A stretch of DNA of 64,000 bases from Trichosphaerium sp. ATCC 40318 (GCA_038496445.1 JALMLS010000455.1:620001-684000), one strand, 5' to 3'. Positions 40,843 to 57,416 are shown, counted from the stretch's first letter. Numbers and translations: made by a program. Notes: generated by a model from the sequence alone, not told the origin.

Positions 40843-42907
40843 ATGGAACCTACCACAGAACTATTACCTGCTTCAGACTTTGATAATGACAGTGCCAGTG
40901 ATTCAAATGAGCTTCCTCGTAAGAAACACTGGCTAAGCAAGCGATTTTCATGGGTACGCGGAACAACCGGTGGCGATTGGAATAATTTAACCAACTGTTA
41001 TCCTAATAGGTCCCAACATCTCAAAGAGAGCTTGCAATCGCCGAGAAAGCGGTATTAGCAGGTACTATTTTGATTCAAAACCGAAAAACTGTGTTTCGCC
41101 TTCGCAAAAGTGCTGTAACGAACAGCCTACGCGAAGTACACGCTATAGCAACATTACACGTTTCTTCTAGAAATGGCGTACTAAAAGTCATAAAATAGGT
41201 TTGAAAGAGCCTTACAAGCTTACCGATGTACAAGTAGGACCAAATATAATACAGTAAGTTGATAACTCAAAAAAGGGTCAAACGTTTCTCCGCGAAATCG
41301 AGTTTTTTCATTTTCGACAAACAATTCCAAATCATCACTTACCCTTGCGTCTAGTACATTGACAATGGGGTCAGGACCACCAATGGTACTCGTACATGGG
41401 TTTGGTGGAGGTGTAGCGACTTGGTTAAGGTACTGAAACACCAGTCTTGTCACGTTTTTGAGAAACTGATTAAAAAAAAATTAGTAACTTGGACGACTTG
41501 TCACAACATTTTACTGTTTATGCAATTGATGTACTCGGTTTTGCCCGTTCATCGCGCCCTTTGTATAAGGTACTTACTTATCTTGGCGTATACAAGCTCA
41601 CATAAAGTTAATTAAATAGGGTAAGACAGTGGAAGATGCTGAAGACTTTTTTGTCCAGCCATTAGAAGATTGGAGAAAAGCAATTGGTTTGGAAGAAAAG
41701 TTTTACTTGATGGGTATCTATTTGTTTGTCTTTTACTTTATATCTCTTATACTTGTTATTAGGACATTCTCTTGGTTCTTATATATGTGCTGTATACTCA
41801 TTCAGGTATCCAGAGAAAATAGAAAGGCTTGTTCTCGCAGATCCATGGGGAGGTACGTATTCAGTTTAACAAGTTTTTGACGTTCTTTCATGTGACACCT
41901 GGTTGTCACGTTTCTTTTTATTTAGTTTACAGATTTTACTTACTTATCGTTATTAGTTCCTAAGCGCCCTAATGATGCAGGCCAAGGAGGTTCATTTGGA
42001 AGGCGTATAATAGTCAAAACATTTACAAAAGTATTTTCTCCTCTAGCTCTTTTACGATTTGCTGGTCCTTATGGTACGTCTTTATAAATACTTTCCAAAC
42101 CATGATAAAAATGTATTCTAATTGGTTTTTTAGGTCCAGGAATGGGTAAGACAATTCTCTTTGAATTGACATTGTAGTTTATTTTATTGACTTTTTTTTT
42201 TGTAGTTACTAAAATTAGAAGTGATTTGGTTGTAAAATGGGATCATTTGATACCAGCTGATGTTATTGGAAAGTACATTTTCCATTGTAATGCTCAAACT
42301 ACAGGCTCGGGTGATGGCGCTTTTAATGAACTACAGATACCAATTGCGTAAGTTTGTTGGCGAGCAAAAAAATATATCATTTTGGCATTCATATCTCGTA
42401 CTTACTTGATCCATAGGTGGGCTAAGGCTCCTCTTTGTGATAGACTTGTTAATAGAAAGGATAATGTACCACTTACATTTATATACGGTGTTGTACGTTA
42501 CCAAGAGATAAAAGAAGTTCTGAAACAGAAAAACTTTTCGGAAAACCACAATTGCCATTTCAGTGTTGTAGATTCTCATTTTTTTCTAGAGCTCATGGAT
42601 GAATCCACAAGCAACTCTTGATATTCTTTCAGACTTGGAAGGATCTGTAGATTTTTATGCTTTAGACGGGTATGTACAAGACAGTTGTAGCAACAAAGGA
42701 AAAAACAAAAAAAATCATTTGTTCGTCGACAACCCATAATTCGATCGCATTTTGTTATTTTGTTCTCATTGATTGTTTAGAAGTCATCACGTGTATGCTG
42801 ATGCTTGGAAGAGTTTTAATGAAGTTGTTATATCAACGTGTTTACGGTTACCTGTACCAGACGACTTGGATATGCTCAGAGCGAAAATTGTTCGTGACGA
42901 CGAATAG
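40843..42907 (+). CDS. ABHD4/ABHD5 (CGI-58)-like alpha/beta hydrolase / acyltransferase
   Basis: VLVHGFGGG, AIDVLGFARSSRP, GHSLG nucleophile, LADPWG, C-terminal HHVYAD (HxxxxD). Confidence 0.92.
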
Positions 42908-43119
42908 CTCATTTTTTCAAAAGAAAAAAAATTATGTACAAAATAATAAATACTAGCCTCTATGGATTTTTTGAGAAGTAAATGGCGTCTCCAGCGCAGG
43001 TGACGTTTTTTCAATCTGTTTCTTTTCTTTCACATCTTTTTTACTTTTCGCAACCAATCACGGCTGCTTATTAGCCCATACAAAAAGATTTTTAGCACGA
43101 GCTTTTAATCTGTTGTAAA

Positions 43120-44138
43120 ATGAGCGTTAAACAAAAAGTAAGTTTTAACACTGCTAAATCTGTTATTCTTTGGTATTAACATGGTCTAGGGACGCTCCAG
43201 TTCGCGTAAGCGGAAAACCAGTAAAGGAAGAAGGTAAGTCATCTCAATTTGCTTATTGGCGTCTATGTTGATCATTTTTTGATGCTAACTTGATTTAGCA
43301 GCACTCCAAAGCAAATTAAAGTTATTCGACCAAATCGTTGGGCAGGTACGTTACATTACCTACGCATACGCGTCATTACGTTACTCCACAAAACATTTAT
43401 TACAAGTTTTGTACACCAAAAAAACGGCTCGTAGTTACCCCGTCCTCACCTTTCTAGTTATCAAGAGCTGCTCTAACGTGGTTATTAGGTGGAGACTTCG
43501 AAACACCACCATCTGCTGCTCAACTGCCTGTTCCATCCTTTACGACGCCTCAGTCGCCTTCTAAAGTCTACTACAGCGCGGAATTACCAGCGACAGACAC
43601 AAAACCCCAAAGAGCATTTCGGTATGATCAACATTTACAGCTCCAATTGCGCCCAAGGCGTACAAACTTGCTACCAAGCGCTGTGCACATCTTTTGGATT
43701 TTTTTTTAAATTGCTGACTCTGAAGTACTTACTCGTCATCCAGTGCTATCCCTCAGCGTACTCAGAGATCCTACAGTGCTCCAAACTCACCTGTAGATTA
43801 CCATGGAGGCCATGCAAGTCTTACAACAACAGAACAAGTCCAACTAAACTTGAATAATCTTTTGCTCCAAATGAACAGCAATGATCAGAGTGATCCTCTA
43901 TTGCAGCAAAACTATCCTCCACAAGGGCAACACGCATACTTCAACTCACCTCCACCACTACAGTACGTTTACGAGTGTTTTAAAGCGACCCAGAAGCGAT
44001 TTCTACAAACTAACATATAACTTTTGTTACAGGCCTCAGTTCAACCACTCAAACTCTTATCCTCAACACCACGGCTATAACAATCAACCAGGACACAGAG
44101 TCGCTATGCCTTACCATGTTGTCGCACACGGACAGTAA
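43120..44138 (+). CDS. PNRC/Edc1-like mRNA decapping coactivator
   Basis: Spliced frame gives RWAGGDFETPPSAAQLPVPSF, matching (Y/W)AGxxF plus LPxP, within a low-complexity Pro/Ser/Gln-rich protein. Confidence 0.75.
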
Positions 44139-44792
44139 GATATCCTTTACGTTGAGCCTTTAAAATAACTCTGAATGGCTCACGGATTGGATGAAGAAAA
44201 GAGGAAAAAAAACTTCTTGAAACAAGTTTTTTACAAAGGTCCCAATTGACTTCAATCTCTTTTCTTTTGGGTTTTATTTTTCACATGACAATACACGTGT
44301 TGTTTGTGAAGAATATTTTGGGTTGAGTATTAGGCTTAGTACTCAATATAATGGGCATTTTGTTAGTAATTAGACACTTAAAAGAAACAGCAATTTCGAA
44401 AAAAAAATTATTTCGTGTTGTTGCTTTCTTTTGTTTTTGTGTGTTTTAATTATTATCTTATGAAGGGCAAGTGCTAGTGTGGTGTGCGTGGTTTAAAAGC
44501 CTTGCCTTTTAACATTTAATTCAATAAAATATCTTTCTTGTCTATGAAGCCAAGTCTATTTTGTTTCGAAGAACTTTTATGTCACAACAACGCGAAGTTG
44601 ATTTCACGTGACAACAACAACAATCAGAATCCGAGGTTTTTTTCAACGTCATAGACCTTATGTATTATTCGTTGCTAAAGCTGTATTTTCAAGGTGTAGG
44701 TAAAGCGAAGAATTTGAACTATGTAACAAAGGTAAACCATTTAATTTTTACAAGTTCATTGGTCTATTTAAGTATGTAACCTACAAATGTTT

Positions 44793-45689
44793 CTAGTCTG
44801 TGTCACCACTCATTACTAGTAAGCAATTTCCTGTTATCATATCAATAGCAAGAAAGTTTTTGTTATCGTAAGAGTGTGTAAATGTATTTTGGTTTTTTTT
44901 GGCTGGCAGAAATCCTATTTCAGAGTGAAACACTTTGACCCAAGGATGGCTGTCTTTCTCATCTATAGTATAAGGAAACATCTCTTGTATAATAATATCT
45001 GCTCTCTCTATCCCTGACTTCTCTGAAAGTGACCCACCATAACATCCTCCAGATTTAAACCAACTAGTAAGTCTTTTCTTCAAACCCTCCAAATTTTCTT
45101 TGTTTGGTATTGCTTTCATTTTTGAAACATCTTTACCAGCCTTTATCATTCTTGGAATAACCCTTCTCAAAAAATGGCACCTTCTATTCTCCATATTCCA
45201 CACTGCAGTACTTGGATTACCATTTTCCCTGTCCGTGTAAGGCATCTCAAGCATGTACTCAGCATACTCAGCAAGTGAAGATGATTGAATTAATCTTTCA
45301 CCTATTTTCAGTTTTGTAATATTCTGTCGTGTACTGCGTGTGCAGAACCTATGTGAAATCTTGCTTATAAGAGGTAAGGAGAACATAGTAATATTATTCT
45401 GTCCGTTAGGCCACATTGAAGCCAAAGAATGTATCACCTTGTGTTTGTAATTTTCTCTCCAGATTTTCGTAGGCATCTTATTTTCTGACTTAATGCTAAC
45501 GTAATGTGGAAACATTTGGTATATTATCTTCATATAAGGCTGAATACACTCAAAAACATTGTCTATATCTTTTTTAACAGTATCTAGCTCTCTTTTCGCA
45601 AAATACGCGAATAAATGCGAGACACACCATGAGGCATGGATAGAATCCAAATCCATGTAGTAAAATACCGTAGGCCAACAGTCTTGCAT
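44793..45689 (-). CDS. Intronless 298-aa protein with degenerate F-box-like N-terminus
   Basis: Single long ORF; MQDCWPTVFYYMDLDSI...WCVSHLF resembles an F-box. Remainder not recognised. Confidence 0.65.
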   Translation of the reverse strand: MQDCWPTVFYYMDLDSIHASWCVSHLFAYFAKRELDTVKKDIDNVFECIQPYMKIIYQMFPHYVSIKSENKMPTKIWRENYKHKVIHSLASMWPNGQNNITMFSLPLISKISHRFCTRSTRQNITKLKIGERLIQSSSLAEYAEYMLEMPYTDRENGNPSTAVWNMENRRCHFLRRVIPRMIKAGKDVSKMKAIPNKENLEGLKKRLTSWFKSGGCYGGSLSEKSGIERADIIIQEMFPYTIDEKDSHPWVKVFHSEIGFLPAKKNQNTFTHSYDNKNFLAIDMITGNCLLVMSGDTD

Positions 45690-46429
45690 GTTTTGCGTGG
45701 TTTTGTACTTTGTGTTGTGAGAAAAAGACTTTTTACTTTAAGTGAATTTTCTTTCTTGAGAAATCAATGCTAACTTAATAGGTAAAAGAGCTTCATCATA
45801 ACCCGTATGCCATCATCTTTTTGATGCTTAGGTCACCGTTTATAACCGCTTCATTTCCTAGTGCTAAGTTAAATGAGAGCCATATCTTACACCAAAACCT
45901 AACAAAGAAATTGAATGCGTAATCAGTTCACATGTGACAGACACACAGGTGGATTTAGTATCGCTGTTTATAATAAATGAAGTCCTTGGTGCAGCAAAAC
46001 AACATCACTGGTGATATTGCATCACATGATATTCAAGCTAATGCTTACAAGTGAGCGACACTGTTTTTCCGACATTGCTTTTTCGGCACAGCATACACCA
46101 ATTGTTTACTGACGCCAACCGTGGCATTTATCTAACGCTACATAAAATGTACAAGACTCGTAGCTTGAGGCGTTGTCAGCAAACTTCAGAAGCTCCCTTA
46201 AGCCCTTGCTGAGCTCCCAAAATGCTAACAAAAACCTGTAAAATAAAAAAACTTTAAGAACAATCACGTGAGATTTAGTTTGATACTAACGTGTTCAATA
46301 TCTTTGTTTGCACCTTGGATAACGCTGGACAAAGTAAGCTACCAAGACACTCAGTGGGTTTGAAAACAGATTTCCTAGCGAATTATTCTGTGACAGTTTA
46401 AGCTACTTGTTTTGTAAAAGTACAACATC

Positions 46430-47342
46430 ATGCTTGCCACTCGCCGTTATACAATTTCCAAAGGCTACAGCGCGTGTACTATCCAAAGAAGACGCTTTCA
46501 TGGTAGTATTAAGCAATACATTCTTGTTTTACGTAAACACAACTCAGAATCAGGGCATACCATATCTGTACGCCACGGTACACGTCAAAGCAATAAAACG
46601 AATAAAACGATTAAAACTCAACTAAATAACTGACAGGCGATATAACCACCGAAATGAGCGAAGCCATAGTAAACCCAGCTAACAGTGACGTTTTTTCTCT
46701 TGTTTATCGGTTAACAACGTCTAACTCATATTTTAAGACCTTCTTCATCACGGAGGTGGGTTGGCAGCAGCTATACTCAAAGCGGGTGAGTTTGGGTTCA
46801 CTTTCAAAGAAGCAAAACACATGAATCTTCCAGTTCAAAACCGTTGATAGCTGTTCATTTAGGTGGTTCACAAATTTCTAAAGAGAGTTTGGAAATAATA
46901 GCCAAGCAAGGATCTGTACCTACAGGCACTGCCGTAGCGACTTCAGGTGGTGACATGTTTGCAAAATACGTCATACATACTGTAGGTCCAATTTGGAGCG
47001 GTGGTACCCAAATGGAAAAAGAACTACTTCATAGTGCAGTGTACAACACTCTGAAAAAAGCAAAAGAGCTAGAAGTATCAAGCATAGCTATACCAGCAGT
47101 AAGGTAAGTCAAACATTTTTTACTTAAGGTGCAAACAATTTGAACATGTCACGTGATTTTTTTTTTTAAGTTCGGGTATTTTTGGATACCCTTTGCATCT
47201 GTGTTGTGATGTTATAGTTGACGCAGTAAACATGTACTGTAAGGATAATGAAGATAGTAATCCAAAAGATATTCGATTGGTCAATATTGATGCACTTACT
47301 GCAAGTGCTATGGCAAAAGCGTTTACGAAAGCGTACCAATAA
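46430..47342 (+). CDS. MacroD-type macrodomain protein (ADP-ribose hydrolase), probably mitochondrial
   Basis: GDITTE..EAIVNPAN..L.HGGGLAAAI, YVIHTVGP, SIAIPAVSSGIFGYP; Arg-rich N-terminus. Confidence 0.93.
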
Positions 47343-49032
47343 ACAACCAATAAAAAAGAACACGCTATTGTACAAGTTACGTATGATGGGTGTTTCACTT
47401 GTTATTTAGATCAAAATGGTACTTTTGTTCTGGTAGCTTTCTTAAACTATGGCTCATGTTTTGTATGATGGTGCTGCATTCTTGCGAAATTGATTAGAGC
47501 TGCGATAGACTAAAAATGACCTGTTTTCTGCAATAATAAAGGTGATTTCTTAGAAAATGAATATTGCGGCCACCAAATTTCGCGAAATGTATTGCAAACC
47601 CTTTGCTTGTTACCGAAATAATGCTCGTAGAGATGAACAAGATGTTCATATAGCCTGGTTCAGTTGAAAAGGCAGAAAAACATGTACTTCACTTTCGAAA
47701 AATATAATAAATGACGAAATAACTTTGTTTAAAAGTGCCCCAGTAACTACAATACAAGTAAGAGTTTCCAGAGCGAAAAATAAATGCCGAAATAACTAGG
47801 GTACTAACTTGACAGAAACGGACATTGTAAACGTGGCTGACATAACCGTGTTTCTTGGACACGTGTCCAAAATGTCGATTTTAAGTTTAAACCTTTCCTC
47901 CCTTGTATGCGTTTTTTACGCGTATTCTAACTGTTTAGACGCATTTAGAGGCGGTTGCGCGTATTTGTAAGGCAGACGTGTGGTTACGAAAAAGTGTGAG
48001 TTTTCTGAATAACCTCACTTGGCGCAAAAGTCGAAATAATGCCAGATTAGCAATCCCCTACGCGCAGTGATGCCAAACATAGTTTAATCGGGTTTTTTTT
48101 TTAATGAGTAAACTTCTTGGATATTTATCAAAAGTCTATCGCACACAAAAAAAAAGATTTGAAAAATGTATGAGTTGTCTTCGTGCGGACATACTAAACC
48201 AAATACTTTTGGTTTTTTTTTAGTGAAGCACGTGAATTTTTCTCCCAAAAAGTAACCTCTGCTTTAACTCAAACAACATAACATGTCTTAATAGTAATAG
48301 CCCTTCTTAACCTTGCTGCCGGGTGTATAGTTAACTCACACAAGATTAAAAGCCCCGTAGAAGCATACAAACCCTACTAGTAGATTAATAGCCTCATGGA
48401 AGCATACAAACTGGTATAGCTTCAAAAAGTAGAACAATAATATCGCATTCCTAAATAAGAACAGGTTTGTACAAAATGTTGAAAGGGAGAATTGTTTGAT
48501 CTTGTACCCTTTTAGTAACCCCGAAACTCTGCACCTACTACTATGGATTAGGAACGCGGAAAGTGAATAAATCACAAGAGAGATAAAAAACTTGTAAATC
48601 AAAGGATATTCTTGGTTTAAAGGTAAAGCTATACGTGGTATACAACAAACCATGTTCCCTCGTATTTGTAAAAACCAAAGTTCTCCGTTTCTTATTCTCG
48701 AATGTTCATTATCCCGCATTACGAAACTGGCCCACGTATAAATACTGTAGCACTTTTGCGGGGTTGGGTTAAACAAAGTGTACACAACTTTTGAAAAAGT
48801 AAAACCAAACACTTTATTTCTGTTCAAAGGCAAAACATGACGCTTGTACACCTAGATTAAGTGTTTCAGTATTTTTGGGTACCTAGAAAGCGCGTTTTGC
48901 GATATTTTTGAATGGCAAAGGGCGAAAAGGTGTCTAAAGAGTATTTCGTTAATATGGACACTGTTTCAATGGTACAAAAAAACCCGAATGTATCACATGT
49001 CATAAAAATCAAACAACCCAATCCATTACAAC

Positions 49033-49335
49033 ATGCGCACCTCAACAACTCTTATCCTCTTTACACTCTCTACTTTGTTCTTCTTCACACTTACCGAAGT
49101 ACGAACAACTTGGTTTTAAATAAGTACCGAATACTCAACCACATTCTTACTGTTCTTCAAGGCGATACCTTGTTCGATTTCTCCTGGAAACCCAGCTGGT
49201 TCCTGTAAAGACTGTGGTCCTGGGTTGTTGAAGCATTACTGTTGCTCATTCTTTTATCCGTGTGGAGATAAATGTGCTGACTATGCAGCTTGTATGTGGG
49301 GAGCGGGTTCACCATATCCAAACATGTTTAAATGA
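49033..49335 (+). CDS. Small secreted 8-cysteine peptide (two exons)
   Basis: MRTSTTLILFTLSTLFFFTLTE|AIPCSISPGNPAGSCKDCGPGLLKHYCCSFFYPCGDKCADYAACMWGAGSPYPNMFK*; phase-0 intron 49099-49161. Confidence 0.75.
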
Positions 49336-49936
49336 ACTAGTAAAAAAATCAGTACAAAGAGCACAATCTCTTTGATGTCATTTCTTGATACTTGGCAACT
49401 TGCTTGAATGACTTTGTCATTTACCTTAACAGAAATTAAACTATTCAATAAACCAAATTAACGTTCTCAAACTCTTAATATTGTAACTCGAATATTTGAA
49501 TACCGAATTCAAATATCTCTATTTAGTCAAACATGAAAAGTGTCCCAAAAATGTTGAACAACAAATGAAAGAGTTCGCAGATCACACGTAATAAAAATTT
49601 ACCATGACAAAAGCGAGGAGCCACAAGGGCTCATTGAACGAAATTTGCACAGAAGTGGCTGCTAACTATTGCGTAATCCCTAATATTTGCAACAAAAAAG
49701 AGATTTCACCAAGCACTCAGATGGAGAATGGAAGTTTAACATTTACAACAACACAAGAAAAAAACTCGTGGGGTACTCTAGCTACTAAGGAACTAGGTAT
49801 TCCGAAAATTCAGGAACATTGTACGTCCCCTACGAAATCAAGTTGTTTCAAAAACCAAGACAATTGAAAACAATGTCCAAGTAAGAAAAGAGACAAAAAC
49901 TCTATCTTGTAATTGGATTGTGTTTCTATTGTTTAT

Positions 49937-51479
49937 TTAATATACGTCTCCGTTGTTGTACTCTGAGTGAACTTTGCCATCATAAGCAGATAGTACATAC
50001 GAGTCACTTTTATCACCAACCACAGGACGCCATGCTTTCAAGTCATATTCTCCTTCATTGTATACTTTATCGACTGCTATGCCTTTGACAATTAATGGTT
50101 TTTCATGAACACATTCTATTTGTAGGGTAAGATTATATTCATGATGTATACTAATTGTACAAACAAAAAATCGGAAAAATTATTGTGTACGTTCTGCTGT
50201 ATGGTCAATAGTTGTGAAGTAGCAAGCATTTCTACCTCCCCCTTGTACACTAATTTTACCATGTCCGTACTTATCTACTGAAACCTAATACACGGTGAGA
50301 AGCGTAGCAAAAAACAAAAAATTATCTGAAAAATGGTGCTAAGAACATTGACTACTCACAGCTGTACGCTCATCACATGCAATACCATAAACGCGTTCTT
50401 GGTAATATGTAAGAGTTGCTATAGATAAGAATGCGAGATATCTCCCCATACGATCACATGCATGAAAGTGTGTATCAGTCACAGTTCGTCTTAATAGTTT
50501 AATATCAAGCATGCTTTTGTTTAGTGTCATATCCTAGCTCTGTTAATAACAGCATCAATAAAACCTCTAATGGAATACTTACTTCATTTAATGGATCCTT
50601 AAGTGCCTCCTTAGATGTAGCACTTGCACGTAGTGCAGTATAAGAGTAGCTAAATGACGGTTTAGTACAAAGATAATTGCTTCAAAGAAAGAATGTGAAA
50701 ACACGTACCCTGCTAGAATGGCCATACCAGCACTTGTACCAGCTACCACAAGATCACGGTTATCTATTCCATACTGTATTGCATTCATTAACCTTGAACC
50801 ATTCCAATTTCTAAAGTACACAGCTTGATCACCTTGAATGGGACATTAAACTTTTTTTGTAAATCAACAGTGTTAAACTGACACTAACCTCCTGCGATAA
50901 AGACACCACTAGCATTGTTTATAACATCAATAACAAAATCATCATAAGCAGCTTCACTCTTTGTTAATAGAACTAAGTGCGTTTGTCAGTAAAACCAGTA
51001 CACCTGACTTCGAAAACAAAGTTTCGCGCTGAAGCATTTTCCATTTCATGACATGATCAATTGCACATTCCGTGTACTTTTTTAGACGTACATGTTGAAG
51101 CTGATTCAGCTCCAAAGCCATACGCATAATCATTCAGCTCGTTATGCTGCGTAGCACGTATTACAACAATATTACCACGTCCTGCTTGTGAAACGAACCA
51201 CTCGTTTGGTATTTTAATTGGCTGTCATATGTGTCACTTTCTACTTACCTTCCAGGCTCCATCTGAGGACGCACTGCCTCCTTGAAGGAAAAACCCTCCT
51301 TTAGGCGCAGAACAACTTTGGCACGCTCCTGCACACCTTCCCTATGCGTATTAAGTCGATTTGGGTACGTTATAGGTTGTTTGTACCTTACACCAATATT
51401 CCCAGCCGTCTCCCTTCTTATAGTCATCTGCAACTACTGTAACGACTGCTACCACGAGTGCAAGTACTAAATAACGCAT
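49937..51479 (-). CDS. Secreted cyanophycinase-like peptidase (S51)
   Basis: Signal peptide; LQGGS, VFIAGGDQ, AGTSAG (Ser), TDTHF..DRMGR (His), ACDERTA (Glu). Confidence 0.9.
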
Positions 51480-51713
51480 TTTGCAAGTTGTTGCCACACC
51501 AGAGATAAAAAACTTACGAGAAATACGGCTTTTATTACCTTTTGGTTTAAGACCTTTTGCTAACCATCCATCTGTTCAAACCATGCTCTATGTAGAAGAA
51601 TTACTTTCGCGACCTCATTTTACAACTCACGTGCTCATTCCAACCCAAAAAAACAGTTGGAAAAGTGATCACAATGTAAATGGTCTGTGACAGTCAATAC
51701 AACCCGCCTACGC

Positions 51714-54290
<2,577 letters not shown>

Positions 54291-54788
54291 GAAAATAAAC
54301 AACAGTTTGATAACCATACCCTTTACCTATTACACGATTCGTCAATAGTCAATATTAGAACGAAGACACCAATGTCTCTTTAGCATAGCCCTTGATATTT
54401 ACTGACCTGTCAGTTCCATCCACGGCCACATAGTACTATTAGCAAAATTACCACATCGATATGTGAGTGTTATTTATCAACGTAAACTCGTCCATGAACG
54501 ACTATGTTATTAACTTCGTTGCCCATTTTTTTCGTTGCACTACAAAGCCAGAAAACCACAGGCTTGCAGGAGAATAGAAACCAAACACAACTTTTTTACA
54601 CTAATTCTTGTTATTTTCTTACATACTTGAACAACCAGTCTTTATCAACTTCCTTATACTGTCTTTGCTAGCAAGTAATCAAAGAGCTGGTTACCATAAT
54701 ATTTGAACACCACTATTAAGATTTGAAACGCTTATGTGGTAGTAACCTGTACGTATTGTTCTGTATTTCAACTCACCATCGAACTTCG

Positions 54789-55822
54789 CTATGGAAAATA
54801 TAAATTGTTGGCATACTCATCAAATGGATTCGCATGAGAAGTATATTGAACAGCATCATTAAATTCCTGTCGTGATCTACCACATTTGACTTTAGTTCCC
54901 GCAACATAAATAATATTAGCTCCAATGAGAGATTTTACGCCTTCATTTGAAACGTCAGTGAATTGTAGGTCAATGGTATGAACACCAGAAAGCGCTTTGA
55001 TGCCTTCATCTGTGACTTTAGTATATGCAAGGTCAATGGTATGAACACCAGCAAGTGATTTGATGCCTTCATCTGCCACTATAGTGTGTTGTAGGTTAAT
55101 GGCATGGACCCCAGCTAGCGCTTTGACACCTTCATCTGTGACTGAAGTACAACGAAGGTTAATGGTATGAACTCCAGCAAGTGCCTTTATGCCTTCATCT
55201 GTTACTTCAGTACCCTGAAGATCGATTATGTGAACTCCAGCAAGCGCCTTAATACCTTCATCGGTAATCCCAATCTCTTCAAGGTTAATAGTATGAACTC
55301 CAGCAAGTGCTTTGACTCCTTCATCTGTTACTGAAGTCTCCTGAAGGTTAATAGTATGAACACCAGCAAGCGCCTTAAGGCCTTTGTCAGTTACTCTAGT
55401 ACATCGAAGGTTAATGGTATGAACTCCAGCAAGTGCTGCTATATGTTCATCAGTGACGTATACGCCACCAAGGTGAATAGTGTGAACGCCAGCAAACTCG
55501 TTTAAGACACAGCGACCAAATAATGCGTGTAAATGTATTATGGTGTGCCGTAGAACACCAGAATGTTGTGTAACTGCTTTTACATCTTTTTGGCCTATTT
55601 TAACTCTAAAGTACCCAATAATGTCATGAATAATAGAAGCAAATGTACGGCAGGTTTGACAAATAGCAAATCGAGTTGTTGTTGTTTTAGATACTATTAA
55701 AGCTAAAATCTCTGTAGGCAACTCCAATATACTTCTGGTCTCGCTTTCAATACTGTTAGAACATGCAAACATACACTAATCGCTGTTTACCGTTTATTTC
55801 GAATATCTACGCCGCTAGACAT
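54789..55822 (-). CDS. F-box + LRR (LAGVHTINL 21-aa repeats)
   Basis: ILELPTEILALI F-box followed by about nine 63-bp repeats. A short first exon MSSGVDIRNKR joins through a phase-2 intron. Confidence 0.9.
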
Positions 55823-56301
55823 CAATACAGTAGTTTGTAGTTAATAGCTACAATCAATGAAGTTAGGCTAAGTCGTCATCTGTAGCACAACACGGAGTAC
55901 AAATTTTTGTCACGCACGTGGCGCCATAGTTTTTTCCGAATTTTCCGAAAACAAAAATTCGAAAAAATAGAATTATTTGTAATTTACAGCCTTTGCTAAA
56001 AACCTTTTTGATTGCGCCCAGCTTAATACCTGAGTATGGATAATTCAATTTACTCCCTTACAATCCATGCTGTCAGAACCTCCAACGCATGTTTTATCTT
56101 GACCGTATAAACAAAAGGTATACAAGCAACCATGGTTGTGAAATTGACAGTTCATTTGGGAACACGTGGAGTTGATTTAGGGAGACTGTACTTGACCGTT
56201 TAACTTAGGCGCACCTTGAAAAAACTCAAACGAAGCAGTATCGATGGGAAATAGGTTTGTTATGTTCACTTTTAATATAAACCGAGTTAAGACCCATAAA
56301 C

Positions 56302-57416
56302 ATGCTTACACATGATTTAGAAGTGTAAAGCTGGGAAAACCCTCCAACTGCGTCGAAAGCACCTCTGCCCCTTTTCTGACACTTCCTAATGAAATAATAA
56401 CATTGATCGCCCAAATATCTACAGATGATATACGATACAAGATAGTACAATTAAGTCACCTCTTCTCGGATATTATTCACGATAATGTTGGCTACATCAA
56501 AGCCACAATAACAACACCATTGGATGTTGACATGATATCACAATATGCAGGTGTTCTGAGACATACAAATATTGTTTATCTGTTACAAGAAGGAGAGCCT
56601 TTGGCTAAACTCTCAGGTGTTCATACGATAAACTTGAGCAATGCAAACGTAACAGATGTTTCAGCTTTGGCTGGTGTACACACAATTAATTTGGCTGATA
56701 CAAAAGTAAGCTGTGTTTCAGCTTTGGCTGGTGTTCACACCATAAACGTCAGTTACACAAAAGTAACAGACTCAAGTGTTTCGGATCTTGCTGGTGTACA
56801 TACAATCAATCTGGCAGGTATTAATGTACATGACTCTACATTAATAGCGCTTGCTGGTGTACACTCAATAAATCTCACATCATGTGACAGTATAACTGGA
56901 AAAGGCATTAGAGCGCTTGCTGGAGTCCATACTATAGATCTAAGCAATTGCCGTCCTCAAGACCCAAGTTCATATCAGTCATTGGCTGGTGTTCACACAA
57001 TCTATTTGAGTAATACCAATATAAGGGATGATGACTTAAAAGCATTCTCAGGTGTACATGCCATAAGTCTTCATCTATGTAGTCAAATCTCAGATGATGG
57101 AGTTAAACATCTTTCAGGTATTCATACTATTTACCTTGGTGGTACTGGAGTAACAGATGAAGGGCTCAAAGCTCTCGAAGGTGTTCATACTATTTACTTG
57201 TTTGACATGCCATTGGAACATAAAATCACCGATAAAGGGATAAAATGTTTGGCTGGAGTTCATACAATCCTAATCTCAGGCCTAAGTAAAGTAACAAATA
57301 AGGGCATTGCAGCTCTTGTTGGTGTTCATGAGATTACAATAGAAAAAATGCCTAAAATAACAGAGAGTGGAGTTAGTGTATTGAAAGATGCAATTATCAA
57401 TTTACAAGATCATTAA
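56302..57416 (+). CDS. F-box + LRR (LAGVHTINL repeats)
   Basis: FLTLPNEIITLI F-box and about 12 repeats. Probable first exon MLTHDLEV with a 35-nt phase-2 intron at 56325-56359. Confidence 0.88.

Noticed and set aside
44140-44185. Perfect ATATCCTTT U12 donor
   Set aside because: Lies just after a stop codon with no convincing branch site or acceptor.
44459-44512. SECIS-like or U5-like 3' hairpin (ATGAAGGGCAAG...CTTGCCTTTT)
   Set aside because: No 3' GA for the SECIS core, no in-frame TGA upstream, and no U5 architecture.
48336-48851. 171-aa minus-strand ORF
   Set aside because: Non-ATG start, no motifs; may be the antisense shadow of a decayed gene.
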